Shown: positions 41,215 to 51,200, counted from the whole stretch's first letter. The stretch: 63,979 bases of DNA, filler included, from an uncultured bacterium (GCA_964637655.1; 5 parts of 5 records of this genome joined end to end with filler, not necessarily neighbours in it), one strand, 5' to 3'. Numbers and translations: made by a program. Notes: generated from the sequence alone by a model not told the origin.

Positions 41215-42110
41215 ACCGCGCGGTGCGCGCGCTGATTCCGCGGGGGATGACCGCGCGGAAAAACACCGACGTGCTCGCGCACGCCTGCCCGGCACTGCTC
41301 GACGAAGCGGAGCGCCTCTGCGCCATGGCGGAAACGGAATTCTATGACGCCGTTGGTATGGGACGGCATACGCCGCCGCGGCTGCAGGTCGGGACGCTGG
41401 GGGGCGGCAACCACTTCCTGGAAATCGACGCGGCGACAGACGGCACGCTCTGGCTGACGGTGCATTCGGGCTCGCGCAATTTCGGCAAGCAGGTGGCGGA
41501 CCATTACCAGCAGCTGGCGCGGGCGGCAACCGCGCGTGCGGGGGCAGAGGTCGCGCGCGGCATGGAGTTCCTTCCTGATGCTGCGGGGGGAAACGAGTAC
41601 CGGCGCTGGGCCCAGGTGGCGCAGGACTACGCGCGTCTCAACCGCCGCGCCATGCTCGCCATCGCGGCCGCGCATTTCGGGATCACGGCGGACGCGGCGG
41701 CCATGGTCGAGAGCGTGCACAACTACATCGATGCGCAGGACGGGTTCATCCGCAAGGGGGCAATCGCGGCGCGTGACGGCGAACGCGTGATCATTCCGCT
41801 GAACATGGCGGACGGGATCATTATCGGCACCGGGCGCGGGAATGCCGCCTACAACCATTCGGCGCCGCACGGGGCGGGACGGCTGCACGGGCGCAAGGAG
41901 ATGCTGCGCCGGCTCGACCGCGGCGAGTATTCGCTGCGGCAGTACCACGAGGTGATGCGCGGCGTCTTTTCCACCTCCATCAGCCGGGACACCTTCGACG
42001 AGAGCCCGTTCGCCTACAAGCCGTATGCCGCCATCCGCGAGCATCTGGCGGAGACGGTGCAGGTGGCGGAGATACTCAAGCCGGTCTACAACCTGAAGGC
42101 GGCGGAATGA
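41215..42110 (+). CDS. rtcB: RtcB-family RNA ligase, 5'-truncated
   Basis: GTLGGGNHFLE, VHSGSR, HNY, RKGA, SAPHGAGR, DESPFAYK. Confidence 0.92.
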
Positions 42111-43012
42111 CGCTGCCGTACCGGTCGTTCAACGCGTATCTGCGCGAGCGGCTGGGCGGACCGGCGCAGCGGGTGCCGCTGGCCCTGGCGATGACCTGCC
42201 CGCACCGCGCGGCGGACGGCAGCGGCGGCTGCACGTTCTGCGATGCGGCGGGGAGCGGTGCCCCGTGGCTGCGGCCCGGTACACCGGTGGCGGCGCAACT
42301 GCGTGACGGACTGCAGCGGCTGCGTCCCGGGGTGCAGGCGCTCGCCTATTTTCAGGCGTTCACCACGGGGACGGTGACGCAGGCGGAGTGGGAGGAGGCG
42401 CTGACGGCAGTGACGGCGGAACCGCGCGTGGCGGGACTCATCGTTGCCACCCGGCCGGACGCGCTGCCGGACTGGCTGCTCACGTCACTGGCGTCGCTGC
42501 TGCCGCGCTTTGACCTCTGGCTGGAACTCGGGCTGCAATCGGCTCATGACGCGACGCTGCAGCGCCTCAATCGCGGGCATGACGTGGCGGCGTTTACCGC
42601 GGCCTGCGCGCGGGCGCGGCAGGCGGGCGTACCGGTGACAGCGCATGTCATTCTCGGGCTGCCGGGCGAGACCATGGCCGACTGGCAGGCGACCGCGCGC
42701 TACTGCGCGGCGCAGCCGGTGGCGGGCATAAAAATTCATTCGCTGTACGTGCTGCGCGACACGGTGCTGGCGCAGCAGTGGCAGGCGGGGGACTACGTGC
42801 CGCTGACGCTCGACGGCTATGTCGCGGGGGTCAGGGCGTTCCTGGAAGTGCTGCCGGCAGCGACGGTGGTGATGCGGCTGACGGGAGAAGGGCCGCCCGA
42901 CCGCGTGCTCGCCCCGGACTGGTGCCGCGACAAGCAGCGGGTGCTGGCGGCGCTGCGCGCGGCGGGGGTGACAGCGGCGGCTACTGCGGGAGGGTCATCG
43001 TTTCGGGGGTGA
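42107..43012 (+). CDS. radical SAM protein, YhcC/TIGR01212-like
   Basis: TCPHR...GGCTFC, YFQAFT, ATRPD, ELGLQS, NRGH, HVILGLPGE, RLTG. Confidence 0.88.
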   Translation: MTLPYRSFNAYLRERLGGPAQRVPLALAMTCPHRAADGSGGCTFCDAAGSGAPWLRPGTPVAAQLRDGLQRLRPGVQALAYFQAFTTGTVTQAEWEEALTAVTAEPRVAGLIVATRPDALPDWLLTSLASLLPRFDLWLELGLQSAHDATLQRLNRGHDVAAFTAACARARQAGVPVTAHVILGLPGETMADWQATARYCAAQPVAGIKIHSLYVLRDTVLAQQWQAGDYVPLTLDGYVAGVRAFLEVLPAATVVMRLTGEGPPDRVLAPDWCRDKQRVLAALRAAGVTAAATAGGSSFRG

Positions 43013-43283
43013 GCCCGGTGGTCATCTCCATGATATGCACGCGGTTGATCAACATCTCGCTCATGAAGACGGCAAAGACAACGAGGCCGATGAGCAGCCA
43101 GACGGCGGTGAGCGCCTCGCGGCGGTACTCATGGACGAACTCGATGAAGGCGATGGGGCGGGTGCGGCGCGGACGGTCGTCGTCGAACAAAACGACGCGC
43201 CAGCCGCAGCGCGCGAGCAGGCGCACCGGCAGGTGCAGCACCTGCCAGCTGGCGACGTAGAGCCAATAGACCAGTTTCAGCAT
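42981..43283 (-). CDS. hypothetical small membrane protein
   Basis: 100-aa ORF with GC3-biased codons and a TM helix (VWLLIGLVVFAVFM); convergent overlap with the radical SAM gene. Confidence 0.55.
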   Translation of the reverse strand: MLKLVYWLYVASWQVLHLPVRLLARCGWRVVLFDDDRPRRTRPIAFIEFVHEYRREALTAVWLLIGLVVFAVFMSEMLINRVHIMEMTTGLTPETMTLPQ

Positions 43284-43402
43284 GGTTCACCGTGTCTGGT
43301 GTGCCCCGCGCTTTTCGAACGAAAGTACCGGGCGGCAGCCGTCAGGTCGCTCCAACGGCTGCAGTGTAGTATACTCCGCGGGAAAGGGCAAACGTGGTGC
43401 TG

Positions 43403-44505
43403 ATGCGGCGACAGGTGGTGGTGGCGATGAGCGGCGGGGTCGACAGCGGGTATGCCGCGCTGGCGTTGCGCCGGCGCGGGTACGCGGTGTTCGGGCTCAC
43501 CCTGCGTCTCACTGACGACTCGGCCGCCGCGGATGCCGCCGCGGCCCAGGCGGCGCACCTCGGCATTCCCCACCAGGTGGTTGATGCGCGAGCGTTGTTC
43601 CGCCGCGAGATCATCACCTACTTCCGCGACAGTTACGCCGCCTGCCGCACGCCGAATCCCTGCGCCCGCTGCAACCCGGTCATAAAGTTCGGGCTGCTGC
43701 TCGACCGCGCGCGCGCCCTGGGAGCGCAGGCGCTGGCGACCGGGCATTATGTGCGGCGACTGCGCGCGCACGGGCGCTGGTTGCTGCAGGAGGGGCGCGA
43801 CCCGCGCAAGGAGCAGAGTTATTTCCTCTTTGCGCTGTCACAGGCGCAGCTGGCGGCGGCGCGGTTCCCGCTCGGCCACCTCGCCAAGGAGACGGTGCGC
43901 GCGCGCGCGGCGGCGGCCGGACTGCCNNNNNNNNNNCCAGCGAGAGTTTCGAGGTCTGTTTCGTGCCGCGCGGTGAGCGTATTGCCGACTGGCTGGCCCG
44001 GCACGGGGCGACGGGAACACCGGGTCCCATTCTCGGGCCTGACGGCAGCATGCTGGGCCTGCATCAGGGGCTGTACGGGTTCACCATCGGGCAGCGTCAG
44101 GGGATCGGGGTGGCGGCCGCACATCCGCTCTACGTGACAGGTTTCGACGCGGCGCGCAACGCGCTGCTGGTGGGGCCCGACAGCATGCTCTGGCAGCGGA
44201 CACTGCACCTGCGCGGTCTGAACGCGATGGCGTGGGCGCGCTGGCCGCAACAGTTCCGCGCGCGGGTGCGCGTGCGCTATCGCGCACAGCCGGCGGCAGC
44301 GACCGTGGTGCGTACCGGCGCGGATGCACTGACGGTGCACTTTGACGAACCGCAGCGCGGGCTGACCTGTGGTCAGGCGGCGGTCTGCTACGCGCGCACG
44401 CGCGTGCTCGGGGGCGGCTGGATAGAGGCCGTGGGTGAAGAAAAAACTCAACCGGTTCACCACGGAGCGCACGGAGCACGCGGAGAGAGGCGGGTGGTGA
44501 CGTGA
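43403..44505 (+). CDS. mnmA: tRNA 2-thiouridylase MnmA (interrupted by a 10-N gap at 43927-43936)
   Basis: AMSGGVDS, TPNPCARCN..IKFG, ATGHY, KEQSYFL, ESFEVCF, FTIGQRQG, VRYR, GQAAV.Y. Confidence 0.92.
44457..44487. repeat. short CACGGAG-type tandem element
   Basis: TTCACCACGGAGCGCACGGAGCACGCGGAGA, about 9-nt period. Confidence 0.5.
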
Positions 44506-45302
44506 CAACGGGACTGCCGGCGGCGGCACAGCGGGCCGTGGAACGAATCCGCACCTGCGGGAGCGTGCTGGTCGCTTTTTCCGGCGGGGTGGACAGCAGC
44601 GTGCTGCTCGCGCTCGCGCTGCAGGCGTGCGGGCGCGAGCAGGTGCTGGCGGTGACCATCGTCTCGCCGTTCATCCCGGCGGCGGAGGTGGCAGCGGCGC
44701 AGGCGCTTGCCGCGCACCTCGATGTGCGCCACGAGGTGCTGCCGGCCGACCCGCTGGCCCTGCCGCAGCTGCGCGACAACCCTGACGACCGCTGCTATCA
44801 CTGCAAGAAAATGTTATACTCGTCGCTGCTGGCACTGGCGCGTGAGCGCGGGCTGGCGGCGGTGCTCGACGGCAGCAATGCCGACGACAGCCGCGACTAC
44901 CGCCCGGGGAGCAGGGCGCGGCAGGAACTGGGCATCAGCGCGCCGCTGCAGGAGGCGGGGATGACCAAGGCGGACGTGCGCGCCACGGCACGCGCGCTGG
45001 GCCTGCCCAATGCAGAGGCGCCCGCGCTTGCCTGTCTGGCCACGCGCTTTCCTGCCGGCACGACGCTGACGCTGGCCGGACTGGCGCGCGTGGCGCAGGC
45101 CGAGGCGGCGGTGCGCGCACTCGGGTATGCAGCCGTGCGCGTGCGCGACCATTATCCGGTCGCGCGCCTCGAAGTGCCGCCAGCAGAGGTGCCGGCAGCG
45201 GCAGCGCGCGCGGAAGAACTGGCCGCGGCGCTGCATGCGGCCGGGTACCGCTACGCGGCGCTCGATCTTGACGGGTACCGCACGGGGAGCATGAACGGAT
45301 GA
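44502..45302 (+). CDS. larE: LarE-like ATP-dependent sulfur transferase
   Basis: AFSGGVDS, RCYHCK, DGSNADD..DYRPG, ACLATRFP, RVRDH, GYRTGSMN. Confidence 0.88.
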   Translation: MTTGLPAAAQRAVERIRTCGSVLVAFSGGVDSSVLLALALQACGREQVLAVTIVSPFIPAAEVAAAQALAAHLDVRHEVLPADPLALPQLRDNPDDRCYHCKKMLYSSLLALARERGLAAVLDGSNADDSRDYRPGSRARQELGISAPLQEAGMTKADVRATARALGLPNAEAPALACLATRFPAGTTLTLAGLARVAQAEAAVRALGYAAVRVRDHYPVARLEVPPAEVPAAAARAEELAAALHAAGYRYAALDLDGYRTGSMNG

Positions 45303-46231
45303 ATGAACTGGCGGTCTCACCGCTCGGCCACTGGCTCGGCTTCCTGATCCTGTGTCTCTTCGCCATGGGGCGCGATCTCGGGGTGGGGCAACGCCGGGCG
45401 CATGCCCCGTCGATGCGCGAGGCCGCGGGCTGGTCGGCGCTGTGGATCGCGGTCGCGCTGCTCTTCAACGCGTGGCTCTGGCACATCGACGGGAAGGAGA
45501 AGGCGCTCGAGTTCTTTACCGGCTACCTCATCGAGAAGGCGCTCTCGGTCGACAACCTCTTTGTCTTCATCATGCTCTTTGCCTACTTCGGGGTGGCGCC
45601 CGACCAGCAGCCGCGCGTGCTCAAGTGGGGGATCATCGGCGCCATCATCATGCGCGGCATCTTTATTGCCGTCGGGGCCGCGCTGCTTGCCCGCTTCAGC
45701 TGGGTGATCTACCTCTTCGGGGCCTTCCTTGTCTGGACCGGGCTGCGGATGGTGCTGCACCGGGAAGGGGAGGTGCACCCGGAGCGGAATATATTCGTGC
45801 GCCTGAGCCGCCGCTTCCTGCCGGTGAGCACCGCCTACGACGGGGCCAAATTCACCACCCGCGTCAACGGGACGTTCATGTTCACCCCGCTCTTCATCGT
45901 GCTGCTGGTGGTGGAGAGCACTGACGTCATTTTTGCCATCGACTCGATTCCCGCCATCTTCGGCATCACCAGCGACCCGTTCATCGTCTTCACGTCGAAC
46001 ATGTTCGCCATCATGGGGCTGCGCGCGCTCTATTTCCTGCTGGCGGGCGCGCTGCATCTCTTCCGCTACCTCAAGGCCGGGGTGGCGCTGGTGCTGGTGG
46101 TGGTCGGAGTCAAGATGTGTCTCGCCGGTGTCTACCATGTGCCGGTCGAAGCCTCACTCGGCATTGTCGCGCTGCTGCTTGGCGGTGCGGTCGCACTATC
46201 GTTGCTGCATCCCGCGCCGCGCGCGGACTGA
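45299..46231 (+). CDS. TerC/Alx-family membrane protein
   Basis: GYLIEKALSVDNLFVF, VESTDVIFAIDSIPA, SNMFAIMGLRALYF. Confidence 0.95.
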   Translation: MNELAVSPLGHWLGFLILCLFAMGRDLGVGQRRAHAPSMREAAGWSALWIAVALLFNAWLWHIDGKEKALEFFTGYLIEKALSVDNLFVFIMLFAYFGVAPDQQPRVLKWGIIGAIIMRGIFIAVGAALLARFSWVIYLFGAFLVWTGLRMVLHREGEVHPERNIFVRLSRRFLPVSTAYDGAKFTTRVNGTFMFTPLFIVLLVVESTDVIFAIDSIPAIFGITSDPFIVFTSNMFAIMGLRALYFLLAGALHLFRYLKAGVALVLVVVGVKMCLAGVYHVPVEASLGIVALLLGGAVALSLLHPAPRAD

Positions 46232-46252
46232 ACGCTGCAACGGAGGGAACCT

Positions 46253-47500
46253 ATGGAAACGCAGGGCGTAGCACGGGGGTGGAAGATCGCCGCCATTGTC
46301 GCGAGCGCGGTGGCGCTGCTGCTGCTCGCCAACTGCGCGGTCATCGGCGTGGCGCTGGTGGGGAGCGACGGCAACGCGCTGGCCGCGGTGCAGGCGTACC
46401 TCGATGGGCGCACGCGACAGGTGGCACCGCCGGCGCGGGTGATCGCACCGCCCTACGTGCCGCCGGTGCAGCCGCCGCCGGTCGACCCGCGCAGCCGCTA
46501 CCGCCCGCCCAGTTCGCCGACTTATACGCCGGCCCGTCCGCCCTCGCCCTGCGCGCCGCTGCCGACGGCGCGGGCGCAATTCGCCTGCGGGCTTATCGAT
46601 GGCGTCGTCTACTGCGCCGGCGGCTATCAGAAGACACCACCCTACATGCTTGACACGGTGGAAGCGTACGATGTCGCGGCCAACACCTGGCGTACCGGGC
46701 TGGCCCCGCTCCCCGTACCGCTCTGCGGCCTGGCAGGTGCGGTCTGGCAGGGAAAACTGTACGCGTTCAGCGGCATGGACGGCAGCAGCGAACAGAACGG
46801 CGCCTATGCGTATGACCCTGCTGCTGATGCATGGCAGACGCTCGCCCCGATACCCGGGGTGGCGAGCGATGCCGGGGTGGCGGTGGTGGGTGATGCCATC
46901 TATCTGCTGGGCGGCACGATGGCCAGCGGGACGTCGGCGGTGTTTGTCTATCATCCGCGGCAGGATTCATGGGAGACGCTGCCGCTGCCGGCGCAGGTAC
47001 GGGCGCGTCGCATCGCGCCGGCGGTCGCGGTGGGCACTGACATTTACTGGATTGGCGGCCGCGACGGTGTCATCGACAAGTTCAACGATGAGGTCGACAT
47101 ATTCGACACCGTGCACCGCACCTGGCGGCAGGGGACGCCGCTGCCTGAAGGACGTTCGGGATTGCAGGCGGTGCTGCACAACGGCAGTATCCTGGTGCTG
47201 GGCGGGCTTTCCCGGAAACCTGACACACCACAGGGGGTGCTGGTCGAACCGCGCGAAGCGCTGCGCGGCAGCGGACGCGGCGCGTGGCAGCAGGCGGGAA
47301 AAATCGCCATCTACCGCAACCATTTTGGCATCGTCGTGACGGATGACGGGCGCATCCTGCTCATCGGCGGGCTCGAAATCAACGCCAACGCCTATGATTC
47401 GGTGGAGGAGTACGGCTACGGGCCGGCGCAGAACTGGCAGGCGCCGCCGCGCCCGGACCATCCGTCGGCGCGGAACGCCGGCCGGCAATCGGGGGTATGA
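46253..47500 (+). CDS. membrane-anchored Kelch-repeat protein 1
   Basis: N-terminal TM, Pro-rich linker, repeated GG...YD...W blades (VYCAGG, IYLLGG, IYWIGG, ILVLGG, ILLIGG). Confidence 0.85.
   Translation: METQGVARGWKIAAIVASAVALLLLANCAVIGVALVGSDGNALAAVQAYLDGRTRQVAPPARVIAPPYVPPVQPPPVDPRSRYRPPSSPTYTPARPPSPCAPLPTARAQFACGLIDGVVYCAGGYQKTPPYMLDTVEAYDVAANTWRTGLAPLPVPLCGLAGAVWQGKLYAFSGMDGSSEQNGAYAYDPAADAWQTLAPIPGVASDAGVAVVGDAIYLLGGTMASGTSAVFVYHPRQDSWETLPLPAQVRARRIAPAVAVGTDIYWIGGRDGVIDKFNDEVDIFDTVHRTWRQGTPLPEGRSGLQAVLHNGSILVLGGLSRKPDTPQGVLVEPREALRGSGRGAWQQAGKIAIYRNHFGIVVTDDGRILLIGGLEINANAYDSVEEYGYGPAQNWQAPPRPDHPSARNAGRQSGV
46305..46432 (+). repeat. 128-nt segment repeated at 47543-47670 (shared N-terminal anchor)
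   Basis: Codon alignment by eye: 40 of 42 codons encode the same residue. Confidence 0.9.
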
Positions 47501-48687
47501 CAATGGCAGTTAGAACCGGAAGAGTCGTGGCGGTGGTCGCGGGCGCGGTGGCGCTGCTGCTGCTGGCCAACTGCGCGGTGATCGGGGTGGCGATGATCGG
47601 CAGCGACGGCAACGCGCTGGCTGCGGTGCAGGCGTATCTCGACGGGCGCACACGGCAGGTGGCGCCGCCGCGTCCGACCATGGCGGTGCCGCCGCAGCGT
47701 CCGATCATGGCGATGCCGCCGCAGCGCGTGCTGCCGGACGAACTCAGCTACTGCGCATTGCCGGAGGCGATGCCGACCCCGCGGCAGGAATTCGTCTGTG
47801 TGCTGCTCGACGGCCTTGTCCACTGTATTGCCGGCAACGGGCAGGGGGGTCAGGCAACGGCCGTGCACGAGGTGTATGATCTTGCCGCGGCGCGGTGGTC
47901 GACGGCGGCCCCGCTGCCGGACATCGCGGATGCGCCCGCGGGGGCGGTGCTCGAAGGCAAAATCTACGTGCTGGGCGGCAATGACCGCCGGCAGCAGTAC
48001 AGCCGCGCGGCGTGGTGCTACGACCCGCGCACCGATTCGTGGACGCGCCTGCCCGACCTGCCGGAACCGCTCTGCAGTTCGGCGGCGGCCGGCTGTCGCG
48101 GCGAGGTTTATGCGTTCGGTGGGCAGCACCCGCGCAGCGCGCGGCAGAACGAATACTATGTCTACACGCCGGCGCGGAAGGCGTGGCGGACGGTACCGCT
48201 GCCGGCCGGCGTGCATACCCGCGCGCAGGCGGACGTGCTGACGGACGGCGATTCCGTCTACTGGATCGGCGGCATAGACAACGTGCGCGGAGGGGTGACG
48301 GATGCGGTCGATATCCTTGACGCTGCCACCGGGCAGTGGCAAAAAGGGGTGCCGCTGCCGGAAGGACGGCTCGCCAGCGCCGCGGCCCTGCTGGGCAATT
48401 TCGGCACTGATACGGAAATCGTCATCGTCGGCGGGTGGTGCGCGCAGCGCAACAGCCGGAACTTCCCGGCGGCCGCGACCATTGTCGGTACACCGCAGGC
48501 CGGGTGGCGGGAAGTGGCACCGCTACCGGACGAGCGGTTCCGCGCCGGCGCGGTGGTCGATGTCGACGACAACATGATGCTGGTGTTCGGCGGACTCGAC
48601 CTGAACAGCCAGCCCTGTTTCGACAACGCGGTGGTCAGCTGGCGGGAATACAGAGCCCCGGCCGGTCAGTCGGTGAATTCGCGGTAG
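47497..48687 (+). CDS. membrane-anchored Kelch-repeat protein 2
   Basis: Same anchor as protein 1; blades IYVLGG, VYAFGG, VYWIGG, IVIVGG, LVFGG. Confidence 0.85.
   Translation: MTMAVRTGRVVAVVAGAVALLLLANCAVIGVAMIGSDGNALAAVQAYLDGRTRQVAPPRPTMAVPPQRPIMAMPPQRVLPDELSYCALPEAMPTPRQEFVCVLLDGLVHCIAGNGQGGQATAVHEVYDLAAARWSTAAPLPDIADAPAGAVLEGKIYVLGGNDRRQQYSRAAWCYDPRTDSWTRLPDLPEPLCSSAAAGCRGEVYAFGGQHPRSARQNEYYVYTPARKAWRTVPLPAGVHTRAQADVLTDGDSVYWIGGIDNVRGGVTDAVDILDAATGQWQKGVPLPEGRLASAAALLGNFGTDTEIVIVGGWCAQRNSRNFPAAATIVGTPQAGWREVAPLPDERFRAGAVVDVDDNMMLVFGGLDLNSQPCFDNAVVSWREYRAPAGQSVNSR
47671..47724 (+). repeat. 27-nt tandem duplication in the linker of Kelch protein 2
   Basis: CGTCCGACCATGGCGGTGCCGCCGCAG / CGTCCGATCATGGCGATGCCGCCGCAG (RPTMAVPPQ / RPIMAMPPQ). 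Confidence 0.85.
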
Positions 48688-49397
48688 TCCTTGCCGAGGT
48701 AGGCGCGCTGCAGGTCGCGGTTGGCGAGCAGCTCCTCCGGCGTGCCCTGCAGCACGATGCGCCCCGTCTCCAGCACGTACCCTCGCTGCGCCAGCCGCAG
48801 CGCGGCGCGCGCGTTCTGCTCCACCAGCAGGATGGTCAGTCCCTGTTCGCGCAGCTGCGCCAGCGTGCGGAAGATCTGCTTCACCACCAGCGGGGCGAGC
48901 CCGAGCGACGGCTCGTCGAGCAGCAGCAGGCGCGGTTCGCCCATCAGCGCGCGCGCGATGGCCAGCATCTGCTGCTCGCCCCCCGACAGGTTGCCCGCGT
49001 GCTGTGACGCGCGCTCATGCAATATGGGAAAGAGGTCGTGCATGCGGTCGAGCCGCGCGCGCAGCGCGGCAGAGCTGAGCTGCTTGCGGCAGAAGTAGGC
49101 GCCGAGCAGCAGGTTGTCGCGCACGCTCATGTCGCTGAACACCTGCCGCCCCTCGGGGACGAGCGCGACCCCGCGCGCCACCACCGCGTCGGCGCTCCCG
49201 GTGAGCGGCTCACCGTCGAGCAGCATCTCGCCGGCAGTGGGCCGCAGTGCGCCCGCCAGCGTCAGCAGCAGCGTTGTTTTCCCCGCCCCGTTCGCCCCGA
49301 TGACCGTGGCGATCTCCCCGCGGCTGATGTGCAGCGTGATGTTCTTGAGGACGTGCAGTTCCCCGTAGCCCGCATCGAGGCCGCGCGCTCTAAGCAT
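48666..49397 (-). CDS. livF: branched-chain amino acid-type ABC ATPase LivF
   Basis: GANGAGKTT, VPEGRQVF, LSGGEQQMLA, LDEPSLGLAP, LVEQN. Confidence 0.9.
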   Translation of the reverse strand: MLRARGLDAGYGELHVLKNITLHISRGEIATVIGANGAGKTTLLLTLAGALRPTAGEMLLDGEPLTGSADAVVARGVALVPEGRQVFSDMSVRDNLLLGAYFCRKQLSSAALRARLDRMHDLFPILHERASQHAGNLSGGEQQMLAIARALMGEPRLLLLDEPSLGLAPLVVKQIFRTLAQLREQGLTILLVEQNARAALRLAQRGYVLETGRIVLQGTPEELLANRDLQRAYLGKDYREFTD

Positions 49398-50166
49398 CGC
49401 CCGCGTCCTCGTCACCGAGGTAGATGCGGATCACCTCGGGGTGCCGCTGCATCAACGCGGGCGGCCCGGCGGCGACGTACCGGCCGCGGTCGAGGACGAC
49501 TACGTGGTCGGCGATATCCATGACCAGCGACATGTCATGCTCGATGAGCACGAGGGTGATCCCTTCCGCGCGCAGGGCGCGCAGGTGTTCCCCGAGCTGC
49601 GCCGTCTCGGTCATGTTCAGCCCGGCCGCCGGCTCGTCGAGCAGCAGCAGTTCCGGCTGTGCCGCCAGCGCGCGCGCCAGTTCCACCGCACGCTGCTGCC
49701 CGAAGGCGAGTGCGCTGACCGGCAGGTCGGCGACGGTGGCGGCCCCGAAGCGGGCGAGCAGTGACTCCGCCGCCACGCGGCAGTGTGCCTCCTCGCGGCG
49801 CAGCGACGGCAGGCGCAGCATCGCCGCGAGGACGCCCGTACGCGTGACGCGGTGCATGCCGGTCATGACGTTGTCACGTGCGCAGAGTCCCGGGAAAAGC
49901 TGGATGTTCTGGAAGGTGCGCAGGATGCCCGCCTGTGCGACGCGGTGCGCGGGGGCGGCGGTCAGGTCGGTACCGCGGTAGATGACGGTTCCCGCGTCGG
50001 GGACGATGGCGCCCGAGAGCAGGTTGAAGAGCGTCGTCTTGCCCGCCCCGTTCGGCCCGATGATGGCGGTGATCTGGCCCGCCGCCGCGCTGAACGACAC
50101 GTCCTGCACCGCCTGCACGCCGCCGAAACGGCGCGACAGGCCGCGTACGTCGAGCAGCGTGTTCAT
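49390..50166 (-). CDS. livG: ABC ATPase LivG
   Basis: GPNGAGKTT, RTFQN, LDEPAAG, IEHDM. Confidence 0.9.
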   Translation of the reverse strand: MNTLLDVRGLSRRFGGVQAVQDVSFSAAAGQITAIIGPNGAGKTTLFNLLSGAIVPDAGTVIYRGTDLTAAPAHRVAQAGILRTFQNIQLFPGLCARDNVMTGMHRVTRTGVLAAMLRLPSLRREEAHCRVAAESLLARFGAATVADLPVSALAFGQQRAVELARALAAQPELLLLDEPAAGLNMTETAQLGEHLRALRAEGITLVLIEHDMSLVMDIADHVVVLDRGRYVAAGPPALMQRHPEVIRIYLGDEDAGDA

Positions 50167-51200
50167 GACGTCGACGACGCGGCGCGCCGGCGGGAGAAAA
50201 TGCCGTCCGGGCGGAAGAGCATGGCGACAATCAGGATGCTGCCGAAGACAAGGTCGTCGAAGGTGCCGAAGGTGCCGCGCAGCGACAGGAAGTTGAGCAG
50301 CAGCCCGGCGGCGAGTGTGCCCCACAGCGAGCGCATCCCCCCCACCGCGAGGATGGCGACCAGGCGCACCGAGTGCATGATGCTCGCCTCGGTCGGCCCG
50401 ACGCCGCCGGAGAAATGCGTCTGCAGGGAACCGGCGAGGGCGGCGAGCAGCGCGCTGAGGACGAAAGCGAAGAGCTTGTAGCGCGGTACGTCGATCCCCG
50501 CCGCCGCCGCCGCCCCCTCGGCGTCGTGGATGGCGCAGAGCGCGCGCCCGTGGCGCGAATTGAGCAGGTTGCTGATGAGCGTGGTGCAGACGACGAGCAG
50601 CAGCGCCGCGAGCGCATAGTTGCTGTAGAGCAGGTCCGTGGCGCGGGTGACGGCAAACGCGCCGGGCAGGTGGAAGGGTGGCACCTCGGCCAGACCGTCC
50701 GCCTCACCCAGCGCGCGGGTGGCGAGGACGATGCGGTAGATGATGAAGCCGAAGCCGAGGGTTGCCATGGCCAGGTAGTGCCCGTGCAGGCGCAGGATCG
50801 GCATGCCGATGAGCAGGGCGACGCCCGCGGTGAGCAGCAGCGCGATGGCGAGTGCCAGCCACGGATTGCAGTGCACGATGGGGGTGCCGTAGATGGTGGT
50901 CGCCGTAACCAGCGCGCCGCCGGCATCGAGCAGGCGCACCAGCGGCTGCGCGGCATGCGGCTGCAGGTCGAGCGTGGTGAGCAGTGCGGTGGTGTAGCCG
51001 CCGATGGCGATGAACCCGGCATGCCCGAGCGAGACCTGACCGGCATACCCGAGCAGCAGGCACATGCCGACCACCGCGAGCGTCGCGTAGGTCGCCATGA
51101 TCAGCTGCGTCAGCGGGTAGGTGTTGCCCGTCGCGGCAAAGTACACCGGGAGCAGCGCGAGGATGAGCGCGGTGCCGAGTGCCGGTCGCAGGGTTTGCAT
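50163..51200 (-). CDS. livM: ABC permease LivM
   Basis: GYAGQVSLGHA, RLHGHYLAMATLGF, VGGM, RPDG. Confidence 0.88.
   Translation of the reverse strand: MQTLRPALGTALILALLPVYFAATGNTYPLTQLIMATYATLAVVGMCLLLGYAGQVSLGHAGFIAIGGYTTALLTTLDLQPHAAQPLVRLLDAGGALVTATTIYGTPIVHCNPWLALAIALLLTAGVALLIGMPILRLHGHYLAMATLGFGFIIYRIVLATRALGEADGLAEVPPFHLPGAFAVTRATDLLYSNYALAALLLVVCTTLISNLLNSRHGRALCAIHDAEGAAAAAGIDVPRYKLFAFVLSALLAALAGSLQTHFSGGVGPTEASIMHSVRLVAILAVGGMRSLWGTLAAGLLLNFLSLRGTFGTFDDLVFGSILIVAMLFRPDGIFSRRRAASSTS

Noticed and set aside
43927-43936. Apparent frameshift or pseudogene in mnmA
   Set aside because: The frame change coincides with a 10-N placeholder gap, and motifs on both sides are intact.
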